A DNA stretch of 35,599 nt from Candidatus Komeilibacteria bacterium RIFCSPLOWO2_02_FULL_48_11 (GCA_001818435.1 MHKO01000059.1:5217-40815); one strand, 5' to 3'; shown: positions 15,116-23,793, counted from the first letter of the stretch. Numbers and translations: made by a program. Notes: generated by a model not told the origin, from the letters alone.

Positions 15116-15202
15116 TCACTGCTCTCGGTGGGTATTATATCTAATAACTATATACATGAAAAGTAATGTTACCAATAATAGACTAACCTAAATTCTAATT
15201 CT

Positions 15203-16714
15203 ATGAAAGGCTGTTTTCTTTTACAGCGCAGCTTTGCGCCGGTCGGCCACGCCATGGCGGTTGTCTTTAAAAAAAAATATGGGATAGACAAACATTGCGC
15301 TTTGGTTACGGTGCGAAACAATTATTTTTTCCTGAAAAATCAAACTGACGTTATATATACTAATCTGATTTTAGACGAGGACATACACGCCGCTCATAAA
15401 GATGAAAAATTAGATTTAGGCTATCTACAATGGCTAGAGAAGGAATATGGAATTCCCAATCTCTGGCCCTATCTTACTATTGACCGCATTTTATTACACG
15501 GCCAGTTTCTCCGGTCTTACCCTTACGACCAACCTCTTTATAACCATAACAATCTGCTTAAAATACTTCAAGTGACGGCCAAAAAAATCATCGCTTTTCT
15601 GGATACCGAAAAGCCGACTTTTGTTTTTCTTCCTGCGGTCGGCAGTTTGGCACCTTTGCTTTTATATGAAATAGCCAGAAAAAAAGGGATTCCCGTGTTT
15701 TTGGGAGAATTTTCCCGTTTCAAAAATCATTATATGATTACGGAAAATCCCCGTGGTTTTTCGTCATTGCGCGAACGATTTTTAAAAATAAAGAATAAAG
15801 AAGTGCGGCCCCCAAAACAAACGGCGGAATACGCCAAATCATTAATTCGGTCCTACCAAGAGCAACCGACGGTATATGATGAAACTGCCACGCCTGACCG
15901 ACAACCAATCAGCCGGCATAAACAGCTGAAGTTCTTGCTACCCTCTAATCTGTATCAACCGATCTATTGGTTTTTAAAAACACTGACTGACTACTACTTT
16001 GGGAGACAAACAAAAGATTATACGCAGATAAATCCCTGGTTTTATTTAATTGACCGTCTGAGAAAAAAATGCCGGGTTTTAATCGGCTATGATGATCTAT
16101 ATGATACTATGGATGAGAATGAAGACTTTGCTTATTTTTCGTTAAGCTTAGAACCCGAACTCAACTTGCTTTTTTACTCGCCGTTTGCCACTGATCAAAT
16201 TAACGTGATTAGACAACTAGCTCAATCTCTGCCGGTTCATTATAAACTATATGTCAAGGAGCACCCGCATATGGTCGGCGACCGACCAAGAAGATTTTAC
16301 AAAGCGATCAAAAAAATGCCCAATGTAAAACTAATTCATCCCAGTGTTAAAAATTTCGACATCATACAAAAAAGCAAACTCGTGGCCACTGTTAATGGCA
16401 CGGCTGGTTGGGAAGCTGTATTATTTAAAAAACCAAGTATTACTTTTGGAGAAGTATTTTATAACCCGCTCTCCATGGTGAAATATTGCACGTCCATGCA
16501 TGATCTAGCCGCTATCGTAAAAGAGCAACTTGAATCATTTAGTTATTACGAGCAAGAACTTCATAATTTTGTCATGGCTCTCTTAGTGGATACCGTACCG
16601 GTCGATATGATACAATTATGGGAACGCCGAGATCGCCAAACTGATATCGATAAAATGGCCCAGGCGGTTGAGCCATTAGTTGATCTGATAGCAAAAAAAC
16701 TGAAACTTATTTAG
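15203..16714 (+). CDS. KpsS/KpsC-like (Capsule_synth family) glycosyltransferase; ulosonic-acid transferase candidate
   Basis: 503 aa. N-terminal CFLLQRSFAPVGHAMAVVF resembles the KpsS LLLQGPMGPFF region. YVKEHPHMVGDRP carries the HP motif. KLVATVNGTAGWEAVLFKKPSITFGEVFYN resembles the KpsS VVTINSTAG...KP...G.A.Y segment. Confidence 0.6.
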   Translation: MKGCFLLQRSFAPVGHAMAVVFKKKYGIDKHCALVTVRNNYFFLKNQTDVIYTNLILDEDIHAAHKDEKLDLGYLQWLEKEYGIPNLWPYLTIDRILLHGQFLRSYPYDQPLYNHNNLLKILQVTAKKIIAFLDTEKPTFVFLPAVGSLAPLLLYEIARKKGIPVFLGEFSRFKNHYMITENPRGFSSLRERFLKIKNKEVRPPKQTAEYAKSLIRSYQEQPTVYDETATPDRQPISRHKQLKFLLPSNLYQPIYWFLKTLTDYYFGRQTKDYTQINPWFYLIDRLRKKCRVLIGYDDLYDTMDENEDFAYFSLSLEPELNLLFYSPFATDQINVIRQLAQSLPVHYKLYVKEHPHMVGDRPRRFYKAIKKMPNVKLIHPSVKNFDIIQKSKLVATVNGTAGWEAVLFKKPSITFGEVFYNPLSMVKYCTSMHDLAAIVKEQLESFSYYEQELHNFVMALLVDTVPVDMIQLWERRDRQTDIDKMAQAVEPLVDLIAKKLKLI

Positions 16715-17891
16715 TTGCCTCGATTATTGTCCGATCTAATAAGGGTATTAAGCCTCTAAAATCAAAATTTAAAGCTCGCTGCCGGCCATTAATAGCAGCG
16801 GCTTTTTGCCATTGTTTATCCTGGTATGCATCCATTATTTTAGCGGCCAAATCCGCGCTATCTCCGAGTTTAAACACTTTCGCCACTTCTTGAGCCAGCC
16901 ATTTCTCCACGCTCGTATCAGTTACTATCAGCGGCAAACCAAAGGCCATGGCTTCTATAGTCGTCCTGACTAAAGGTTCGGGTAAGCGGCCCGGGTGAAC
17001 AAATAAATGAGCGTGTTGATAAAAACCGGCCAGATCATGGAGAGATTGCCAAGGATAAAACTTGATGACCGAAGCCAAGCCAAGCTCACGGACGCGTTTA
17101 ACCAACTCGCTTTTTTGTTCGCCCTCGCCCACAATGTGAAGTATGCAATCAGGCCGGCTAAATTTGGCCAAGGCGTCAATTAGAATATCGGCTCCTTTGT
17201 CAATATATAAGCGCCCGGTAAACAAAATATGGAATGCATTCTTAGGATATTGAGAAAAAGGATTGTTTTGCAGAGGCTGATTTTGAAAAGCGATGATATC
17301 CTGAAAACTTGGTATAACGGTAATTTTATCCGGTCTGACTCCGGCCCGAATATAATAGCCGGCCAAGGTTTTGGTCATAATGACAATGGCGTCAAAATTA
17401 TTTAACAAACGAACTCCGATTAATCTTTCCAAAAAGATACGAATTCTGTGTTTTAGACTTTGCCATAAACTTTTTTCATAAGCCAGAGATCCGACCGGCC
17501 AAAGAGGAGGTTTTTTAAAGTAAGCCTCAACAAAATCAGCATGACCATTAATATCAGCTATAATCGGCTTGCTGTTTTTTTTGAATAAACGATACCAGCC
17601 AGCGCCAAAAAGAAACGTTGTCCCTACTAAATAAAAAACATCCGTGCGCGGAGAGTGCTTCTTTAAAATCCGGACGATAAAGGCTTGTAAAGGGAAAAGC
17701 CTCTCACTCTGCGCCCATTCCTCAGTAATGGCAAAAGGGACAACGGCGGAAATGTTATTAAACTTTGAAAAAGTGGTCACGACCGACACCTCATGACCTT
17801 TAGCTTGCAAGGTTTGGGATTTCATGAAAACGTCTTGATTTTCTCCTCCGCCCGCCAAATTAAGTTTATTGGTAATAAAAGTAATTCTCAT
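16707..17891 (-). CDS. GT4-family glycosyltransferase
   Basis: 394 aa. Motifs FTGRLYIDKGADILIDALAKF, HIVGEGEQ and the E-x7-E region PEPLVRTTIEAMAFGLPLIVTD. Convergent 8-nt overlap with the KpsS-like gene. Confidence 0.85.
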   Translation of the reverse strand: MRITFITNKLNLAGGGENQDVFMKSQTLQAKGHEVSVVTTFSKFNNISAVVPFAITEEWAQSERLFPLQAFIVRILKKHSPRTDVFYLVGTTFLFGAGWYRLFKKNSKPIIADINGHADFVEAYFKKPPLWPVGSLAYEKSLWQSLKHRIRIFLERLIGVRLLNNFDAIVIMTKTLAGYYIRAGVRPDKITVIPSFQDIIAFQNQPLQNNPFSQYPKNAFHILFTGRLYIDKGADILIDALAKFSRPDCILHIVGEGEQKSELVKRVRELGLASVIKFYPWQSLHDLAGFYQHAHLFVHPGRLPEPLVRTTIEAMAFGLPLIVTDTSVEKWLAQEVAKVFKLGDSADLAAKIMDAYQDKQWQKAAAINGRQRALNFDFRGLIPLLDRTIIEATK

Positions 17892-17894
17892 AAT

Positions 17895-19697
17895 TTAAAT
17901 ACTGTAGATATAAATATCAGCTTGTTGCCAGGCTAACTTTATGCTTGTTAATTGTTTTATTACTCTATCCGTCAAAGGGCCGACGGATAAAACATAGTCG
18001 AGTTTATATTTGCGCAGTTCGGTTTCAAAATCTTTATTCAAGAATTCCTTATAGCCCTCGGGAAACTTCTTTATTCTCTCATCCAGCGTGTAGTCGTGAA
18101 AATCCGGAAATTCCGGAGTCCAAAGCATCCCCTGCCAATTACTGGCTAAATGAACTCGCATGTCAGTTTCATTGGCTTTCATATAGGCTTCTATATTCTC
18201 AGCCGAAATCCCCTGTAAGCGCAAATTCACGAGATTATTGTGATAAATCCTTTCATTGGGCATTAAAGAGAATACTGAATAAGAAACATACATATTGCAA
18301 TGCGTAAACGCCGGCAACAGTTCAGTCAGCTTATAAACTTCCGTCTTATTGCTCACTAATATTACGCAATCCTTCGTCTCCCTATTAAACCAGGCAAAAA
18401 CCGGGGCCAGTGACTGCATTCGGTAATAATAGTCATAACTATTGCGGTAAGTGTGGACTTGGGAATAAAAACCAAATAATAACGACGATCCTATAATGCT
18501 GATAATCGCGAAAATCCAGAGGAAACGAAATTGATTCAAAATAATACGGTGCAGTAAAACAACCAGAACAACCATTGAGAGCGGAATAGTATATTGAACA
18601 AAGTGATAAGGCCAGACCGTAACACCGGTCACCACCTGCTGGTTAAGCGCCCAACTACTGCCCAAAATTAAAGCTAAACAAAACCAGTGCCAGTCCTGCA
18701 GGTTAATTTTTACTCGGTTGATAATTTTTTTTATTATGGGTATAAAAACTAAAACCAAATATAGGCCCAATATTGCCAATAATACTTTATTTAACAACGG
18801 ATAGTGCGTATAAATCAGGCCAGAGCGCAAAATCGAATCATGATACCAAGGGCTCTGCCGGGAGAGATAAGATATATACCAATAAGGTGAGCTTAAAATT
18901 GCGGCGATAGCGATAATAAACCCAAACCGTTTCACAATTTTATATTCCCGTTTAAAAAAATATATCAAAATCAAAAAACCTAAAATTGATAAAGCTATGC
19001 CCCAGCTGAAAAAATAACTCATTATCATCAGGGATAAAGACAGCCCGGCACTGGTGATGGCTGTCTTTGGATATCTAGTTTTTTGGATAATCGCCCAGAC
19101 TCCTAACAAAAATGCCAATAAAAAAATAGCGCCCAAAATCGGGTTAACCGGCCGCGCCCAGAGCAAAAATGATCCGCCTAACGGCTCGCCCCTCAAGAAA
19201 AAACCCAGCAAACTACGATAATCGACCAAGTCATACCCCAGCAGCACTAGCAAAGCCGCAGACACAGCACTAATCTTTCTGGAAAATAACCGCGCGGGAG
19301 GGAGTAAATTATAAGTTAAAGCATAAATCAGCAGAAATAAAATAAGCGGCAAAATAAATTTACTCACAATCAGCGTGGTAACCAAAGGGATGCCGAACAA
19401 TAAAGTCGGTAAAGCATAAAACATCTCGCCCGTGGGCGGTGAGATGGGCCATTGATCTTTATATTCATAATAAGGGAAAGAGCCAACCAAGGGATGGCCG
19501 TCAATAATTTCATGAATTCTGGCCAAATAAGTATCCTCGTTAGGGGTTTGCAACATTGGTATGCCCTGATACTTATTGCCCAAAGAATGCATAAAGACAA
19601 GTTGTGGTCCTATATATAATAATCCCACAATCAAAGCGCTCGCCAGAGCCAAATAGTGACTCTTTGCTTTATTTTTTACCAATAAAATAAAACCCAT
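17895..19697 (-). CDS. Polytopic membrane protein, GT-C-like glycosyltransferase candidate, with a C-terminal soluble domain
   Basis: About 600 aa with many hydrophobic helices. The first loop carries NEDTYLARIHEI, resembling the DE..Y/I...AR motif of ArnT/PMT-type GT-C enzymes. The track start at 19703 is a TTG, so I chose the first ATG at 19697. Confidence 0.45.
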   Translation of the reverse strand: MGFILLVKNKAKSHYLALASALIVGLLYIGPQLVFMHSLGNKYQGIPMLQTPNEDTYLARIHEIIDGHPLVGSFPYYEYKDQWPISPPTGEMFYALPTLLFGIPLVTTLIVSKFILPLILFLLIYALTYNLLPPARLFSRKISAVSAALLVLLGYDLVDYRSLLGFFLRGEPLGGSFLLWARPVNPILGAIFLLAFLLGVWAIIQKTRYPKTAITSAGLSLSLMIMSYFFSWGIALSILGFLILIYFFKREYKIVKRFGFIIAIAAILSSPYWYISYLSRQSPWYHDSILRSGLIYTHYPLLNKVLLAILGLYLVLVFIPIIKKIINRVKINLQDWHWFCLALILGSSWALNQQVVTGVTVWPYHFVQYTIPLSMVVLVVLLHRIILNQFRFLWIFAIISIIGSSLLFGFYSQVHTYRNSYDYYYRMQSLAPVFAWFNRETKDCVILVSNKTEVYKLTELLPAFTHCNMYVSYSVFSLMPNERIYHNNLVNLRLQGISAENIEAYMKANETDMRVHLASNWQGMLWTPEFPDFHDYTLDERIKKFPEGYKEFLNKDFETELRKYKLDYVLSVGPLTDRVIKQLTSIKLAWQQADIYIYSI

Positions 19698-20466
19698 AAG
19701 CAATATTTTGACTACTGGGTAATTTATAAATAATGTAATCCAAAAAATTCAGGGGGGCTAATAATGTCAAAAACAGTATAAACCAAAACTGCTGTAAAAT
19801 ATTTATACCAAAACTTAACACCGTGGCTAACCATTCACTGATGACATAAGTCAGGGCCGAAGTAGGCCCACTCCGAATACCGCTCTCTACTTCTTCAAAA
19901 TCCTTGAGCAGTTCTTTTAATCCTGGCTTGCTCCAACGATAAAAATCGTTGGGTGAAGAATGGAAACTGGCCACAAAAGGCACTACGACATATATAACCC
20001 CTCCTGGCTTTAATATACGGTACATTTCTCGGACGATTTGCTCTGGATTATGGACATGCTCTAAAACATATTCATTAATAGCCACATCAATCGAATTATC
20101 AGCAAATGGCAAATCAGAAATATCAGCTACCACGTCCACATTGAGAAAAGGGTAGAAATCAATATTAACAACATCATCCCTTATTATTTTTACGCCCGAT
20201 CCTAAATTGACAATTAATTTATCCGACCCGATATTTTTAATGGCCGCTGACGCGCTCCGGCCGACAAAAGAAGATCCTAAAGCATAATAAAAAAAAGTAA
20301 AAAGCCAAGGCACCCGTTTTAGCAAAAGCTTAATTTTATTAACCAACAGATCGCTATTTTTTTCTCGAAAACCCTTGTCCGTTTTGTTAATAAAAAATAA
20401 CCTACCCTGCTTTTCATACAAGCATGGCCTGTCTTTTTTAAAAATAAATCTATCTTGATTATGCAT
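19669..20466 (-). CDS. Class I SAM-dependent methyltransferase with a hydrophobic C-terminal tail
   Basis: 265 aa. Motifs VNLGSGVKIIRDDVVNID, DLPFADNSIDVAINEYVLEHV and LKPGGVIYVVVP. Overlaps the next gene by about 29 nt. Confidence 0.75.
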   Translation of the reverse strand: MHNQDRFIFKKDRPCLYEKQGRLFFINKTDKGFREKNSDLLVNKIKLLLKRVPWLFTFFYYALGSSFVGRSASAAIKNIGSDKLIVNLGSGVKIIRDDVVNIDFYPFLNVDVVADISDLPFADNSIDVAINEYVLEHVHNPEQIVREMYRILKPGGVIYVVVPFVASFHSSPNDFYRWSKPGLKELLKDFEEVESGIRSGPTSALTYVISEWLATVLSFGINILQQFWFILFLTLLAPLNFLDYIIYKLPSSQNIAYGFYFIGKK

Positions 20467-21243
20467 TTATACAATTTTCTTACCGCGCACTATCCAGCCG
20501 TTTTTATTGGGGGGCTGGCAAATCGCAACATTATTAAATTCAGACAGCAAATCCCCGGCCTGTTCTTTTGTATAATAATTGGCTATGGCCGGCAACAACT
20601 GGTCAAATATTATACTGTGCAAATGCCTGAGGCTGAATCGCGAAATTTGTTTAAGATATTCTTTTTTGGGCTTGATAATTTTTAAATAAAAATAAAGGGG
20701 GATACTGGCTAAATACGTCAGTCCATGCAATAGAGGCAGGGGTAATTTGCTGGTTATATATTTGCGGATTGGATTTAATATTTTTACGAACGCGCTGAAT
20801 CCTTCAACGCCATAAACCCAAATTAGAATTTCGCCTTGGGGCTTTAGGGTTTTTTTAATTTCAGCCAGCGCTCTTTTTGGTTCCGCCAGATGATGAATCA
20901 CGCCAATTGACATGGCGAAATCGAATTTATTTTCCCAGGGCAAATTATAAATATCCGCCTCAATAACTTCGCAATTATTAAATCCGGCTAAATTTTTTTT
21001 CGCGGCCCGGACGCTTCTTGTATCCTTGTCAAAAGCCGTCAAAGCCGCGCAGCCCCACTCTAAACACCAATAACTGTTCCGGCCCATGCCGCAACCAGCG
21101 TCAAGGATATTCTTTTGGCGATAAAATTCCGGCGGCGCCGGATAAGTCCAGTTTAAAAATTGATTTTTGTATTGTTCGTAATATTCGGCGTCCAACGAAT
21201 TGTATTTTTCCCATTCAAAACCAAAACGTTCACTCGAAGACAT
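20467..21243 (-). CDS. Class I SAM-dependent methyltransferase
   Basis: 258 aa. Motifs ILDAGCGMGRNSYWCLEWG, FDFAMSIGVIHH and LKPQGEILIWVY. Its stop abuts the next ATG. Confidence 0.8.
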   Translation of the reverse strand: MSSSERFGFEWEKYNSLDAEYYEQYKNQFLNWTYPAPPEFYRQKNILDAGCGMGRNSYWCLEWGCAALTAFDKDTRSVRAAKKNLAGFNNCEVIEADIYNLPWENKFDFAMSIGVIHHLAEPKRALAEIKKTLKPQGEILIWVYGVEGFSAFVKILNPIRKYITSKLPLPLLHGLTYLASIPLYFYLKIIKPKKEYLKQISRFSLRHLHSIIFDQLLPAIANYYTKEQAGDLLSEFNNVAICQPPNKNGWIVRGKKIV

Positions 21244-21250
21244 ATATTAC

Positions 21251-23122
21251 TTACTTTTTAACTAGATAAGCTTGTTGCCATAATAAAAAAGTTAAAATTG
21301 ACCACAATTTTTGACCATTATTCTGCTTATGGCTTAAATGCTGTTTGAATAAATTATCAACATAATTATAGCTCAAAATACCGGTTTTGACCACATTTTC
21401 CGGAGTAGCCAAATCAAGCCATAATTCGTTTAGATTACCGCTTCTAAACCATTGCGCCAAAGGCACGGCAAAACCCTTCTTGGGTCGGCCTATTATTTCT
21501 GGCGGCAACCGGCCGGCCATCAGTTCTTTGAGTAAAAACTTGGTCTTGTTGGCGCGAATCTTGTAATTCAACGGCAGATGATTTACGAAATCCGCCAATT
21601 CGTAGTCCAAGAATGGCGCTCTAACCTCCAAACTGGCCAGCATGCTGGCGCGGTCGACTTTAACCAGAACCCGTTCTTGCATGTAAAACCTCTGGTAAAA
21701 AGCGATAATTTTTGACCAATCATCAAAGTGATTAACAGCCGCGGAAAAATCAGTAATATCATCCAGCAGGTCTTCTTGGTTAAAATGATCGGGCATAAAT
21801 AAATTCGGCAGTTCAGCCAAAGAAAAGGTGCTTAGCCAGTTTTGGTGGCGCACCAGCGGATTGCTGGCGGCTTGAACGAATTTTCGCAGCTTAAAATCCA
21901 GGCTGAAATAAGAATCGCCACTCATTGGCAAATTATTTACAATCCGCGTTAATATTTTTTTTGCCAAAGCCGGCAAATGGCGATAAAAACCGTAAAAATA
22001 TTCGGCTTGAAATGTTTGATAGCCACAGAACAGTTCATCGGCCCCATCGCCGCCTAAAGCGACCGTGACTGTTTTTTTGGTAAAATCAGACAAAAGATAA
22101 GTCGGTAAAACAGAGGCATCGGCCAAGGGTTCGTCCAGGTGTTGGCCGACTTTAGCCACTATGTCCAAAGCATCCTGGCTAGTTAAAATCGCCTCATAAT
22201 GGTCTGACCCGATGTGTTTGGCCACTTGCCGAGCGAACTTGCCTTCGCCAAATGTTTTTTCTTTAAAATCAATGGAAAAAGTTTTAATTTTTTGACTGGC
22301 GTCTTGGCTGGCATACCAGGCGATTGTGCTGGAATCAATGCCGCCGCTTAAAAAAATACCCAAAGGCACGTCCGACACCAAGCGGCTGGCCACGGCTTGG
22401 CGCAATCTGGCGTCAAGCTCATTTTGAGCATCCGCGATGTCCGGGGCCGTGTCCGTTGCCTGAAAATTCGGGCGCCAATATTTTTTGATTTCCACTTTGC
22501 CTTGGTCAAAAACAAGATACTCTGCCGGGCCTAATTTATAAACGTTTTTCCAAGGAGTATGCGGGCAAGGAATATAATCGTAAAAAAAATATTTCCGCAA
22601 TTGTGCCTGGTCCAAAACAAAATCAATATCAGGATATGGCATCAATGCTTTTAATTCTGAAGCAAAAACGAAATTACCATTCTGCTGGCTGTAATAAAGC
22701 GGTTTTTTGCCAAGCCGATCGCGCCCTAAAATTATCTTTTTTAACCGGCTATCCCAAATCGCGATAGCGAACATGCCGTTCAATTTAGCAAACACACTTT
22801 CCCCTGCTTCCTCATAAAGATGGACAATGACTTCGGTATCGGTTTGGGAAGTAAATTTATGGCCTGATTGTAAAAGGCCCTGCTTGAGATCTTGAAAATT
22901 ATAAATCTCGCCGTTAAAAACAATGATGATTGTTTTATCCTCATTATAAATCGGCTGGGCTCCGCCTTTGACGTCAATTATGCTCAAACGTCTGTGCCCT
23001 AACCCCACATTGCCTTGATAATAAAAACCCTCGCCATCCGGACCGCGGTGCGTTAAAGTATCTGACATTTTTTTTAATAAAGACGCGTCGCCTCTGCCGA
23101 TAAAACCAGTAATGCCACACAT
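21251..23122 (-). CDS. asnB: Asparagine synthase (glutamine-hydrolysing) family amidotransferase
   Basis: 623 aa. Ntn nucleophile MCGITGFIG, PP-loop FLSGGIDSST, and LGGDGADELFCGY. Confidence 0.9.
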   Translation of the reverse strand: MCGITGFIGRGDASLLKKMSDTLTHRGPDGEGFYYQGNVGLGHRRLSIIDVKGGAQPIYNEDKTIIIVFNGEIYNFQDLKQGLLQSGHKFTSQTDTEVIVHLYEEAGESVFAKLNGMFAIAIWDSRLKKIILGRDRLGKKPLYYSQQNGNFVFASELKALMPYPDIDFVLDQAQLRKYFFYDYIPCPHTPWKNVYKLGPAEYLVFDQGKVEIKKYWRPNFQATDTAPDIADAQNELDARLRQAVASRLVSDVPLGIFLSGGIDSSTIAWYASQDASQKIKTFSIDFKEKTFGEGKFARQVAKHIGSDHYEAILTSQDALDIVAKVGQHLDEPLADASVLPTYLLSDFTKKTVTVALGGDGADELFCGYQTFQAEYFYGFYRHLPALAKKILTRIVNNLPMSGDSYFSLDFKLRKFVQAASNPLVRHQNWLSTFSLAELPNLFMPDHFNQEDLLDDITDFSAAVNHFDDWSKIIAFYQRFYMQERVLVKVDRASMLASLEVRAPFLDYELADFVNHLPLNYKIRANKTKFLLKELMAGRLPPEIIGRPKKGFAVPLAQWFRSGNLNELWLDLATPENVVKTGILSYNYVDNLFKQHLSHKQNNGQKLWSILTFLLWQQAYLVKK

Positions 23123-23126
23123 ATCA

Positions 23127-23155
23127 TTGACAAAATATGATATTTAGTTTATAAA
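23127..23155 (+). promoter_or_regulatory. Candidate promoter TTGACA-N17-TATAAA for the YdjM-like gene
   Basis: TTGACA 23127..23132, a 17-nt spacer, then TATAAA 23150..23155. Downstream is the SD-like AAGGGGGA, 6 nt before GTG 23210. Confidence 0.45.
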
Positions 23156-23165
23156 TAATAGTCAA
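23137..23165 (-). promoter_or_regulatory. Candidate promoter TTGACT-N17-TATCAT for the asnB-led minus-strand genes, interleaved with the plus-strand promoter
   Basis: On the minus strand, TTGACT 23165..23160, a 17-nt spacer, then TATCAT 23142..23137. The ATG at 23122 implies a very short leader. Confidence 0.4.
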
Positions 23166-23209
23166 ATAATTAACAAAAACCGCTCATTCCATCATAAGGG
23201 GGATCCCCG

Positions 23210-23716
23210 GTGCAAACCTACACACACTTGTCTGTTGGTTGTTTGCTTGGCGCCCTCTGCTTCCCACGGAATCATTGGGCACAGGCAGCCTTCGTCGCTG
23301 GCTCTATTGCTCCAGATGTAGTTTCGGCGGCTAAATTCGCCCTGGACAAAAGCCATGGCATCCAACCCTTTAGCCATGAGTCTAAAGGGCTGTTGATTCT
23401 CACAGAGATCAGCCACTCCATCCCTATCTGGCTGTTTCTGGGATGGCTGGCGCAGGCTGCTTGCCCATGGCTACTCGTTAAGTCGCTTGTTAACGCCTTC
23501 TGGCTCGGCGATTTAAGCCATTTGGCGATTGACGCCCTTACTCATGCCAATAACAAGGAGTGGACTGTGGGCATGCTCTGGCCAATACCGGGACATTTGC
23601 CCGGCTGGATCGGCGTCTGGGAATATCGTTATGGCAACGGCATTCTGCGGCCAAAGCCGGTTGAAGCCGTGATACTCGTCCTCTCGGCTCTGGCTGCGCT
23701 CTGGCTCTGGCTATAG
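23210..23716 (+). CDS. YdjM/DUF457-like membrane-bound metal-dependent hydrolase
   Basis: 168 aa with a GTG start behind a strong SD. N-terminal MQTYTHLSVGCLLGAL is typical of DUF457. His/Asp motif GDLSHLAIDALTH. Several hydrophobic helices. Sampled lines are 52-55% GC. Confidence 0.55.
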   Translation: MQTYTHLSVGCLLGALCFPRNHWAQAAFVAGSIAPDVVSAAKFALDKSHGIQPFSHESKGLLILTEISHSIPIWLFLGWLAQAACPWLLVKSLVNAFWLGDLSHLAIDALTHANNKEWTVGMLWPIPGHLPGWIGVWEYRYGNGILRPKPVEAVILVLSALAALWLWL

Positions 23717-23754
23717 CCAGGCATTATTGATCCCCCTCCGCCGTAAGGCACCCC

Positions 23755-23793
23755 CCGGCGACCTGTTGAACCAACCAGGCGCCGGCTTTTTTT
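23755..23793 (+). terminator. Rho-independent terminator for the YdjM-like gene
   Basis: CCGGCG-A-CCTG (23755..23765), a loop, CAGG-CGCCGG (23776..23785), then a C and seven T (23786..23793). The T-run overlaps the stop codon of the convergent GT2 gene. Confidence 0.6.

Noticed and set aside
15269-15277. A9 homopolymer tracts at the 5' ends of the KpsS-like gene (15269..15277, KKK) and the GT-C gene (31487..31495), considered as slipped-strand phase-variation switches.
   Set aside because: A/T runs of 8-9 nt occur repeatedly throughout this AT-rich window, in genes of all kinds. Poly-A/T tracts of this length are weak evidence without population data.
8968-19703. ORF-track start positions at 9963, 12528, 13529, 19703 and 35592.
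   Set aside because: Reading the DNA shows that these are TTG codons rendered as M. In each case an in-frame ATG a few codons downstream gives an N-terminus that matches the family better, so I moved the starts. At 35592 I treated the gene as continuing off the window.
23123-23209. An SOS/LexA operator upstream of the YdjM-like gene (E. coli ydjM is LexA-regulated).
   Set aside because: No CTGT-N8-ACAG or GAAC-N4-GTTC type palindrome is present in the upstream region.
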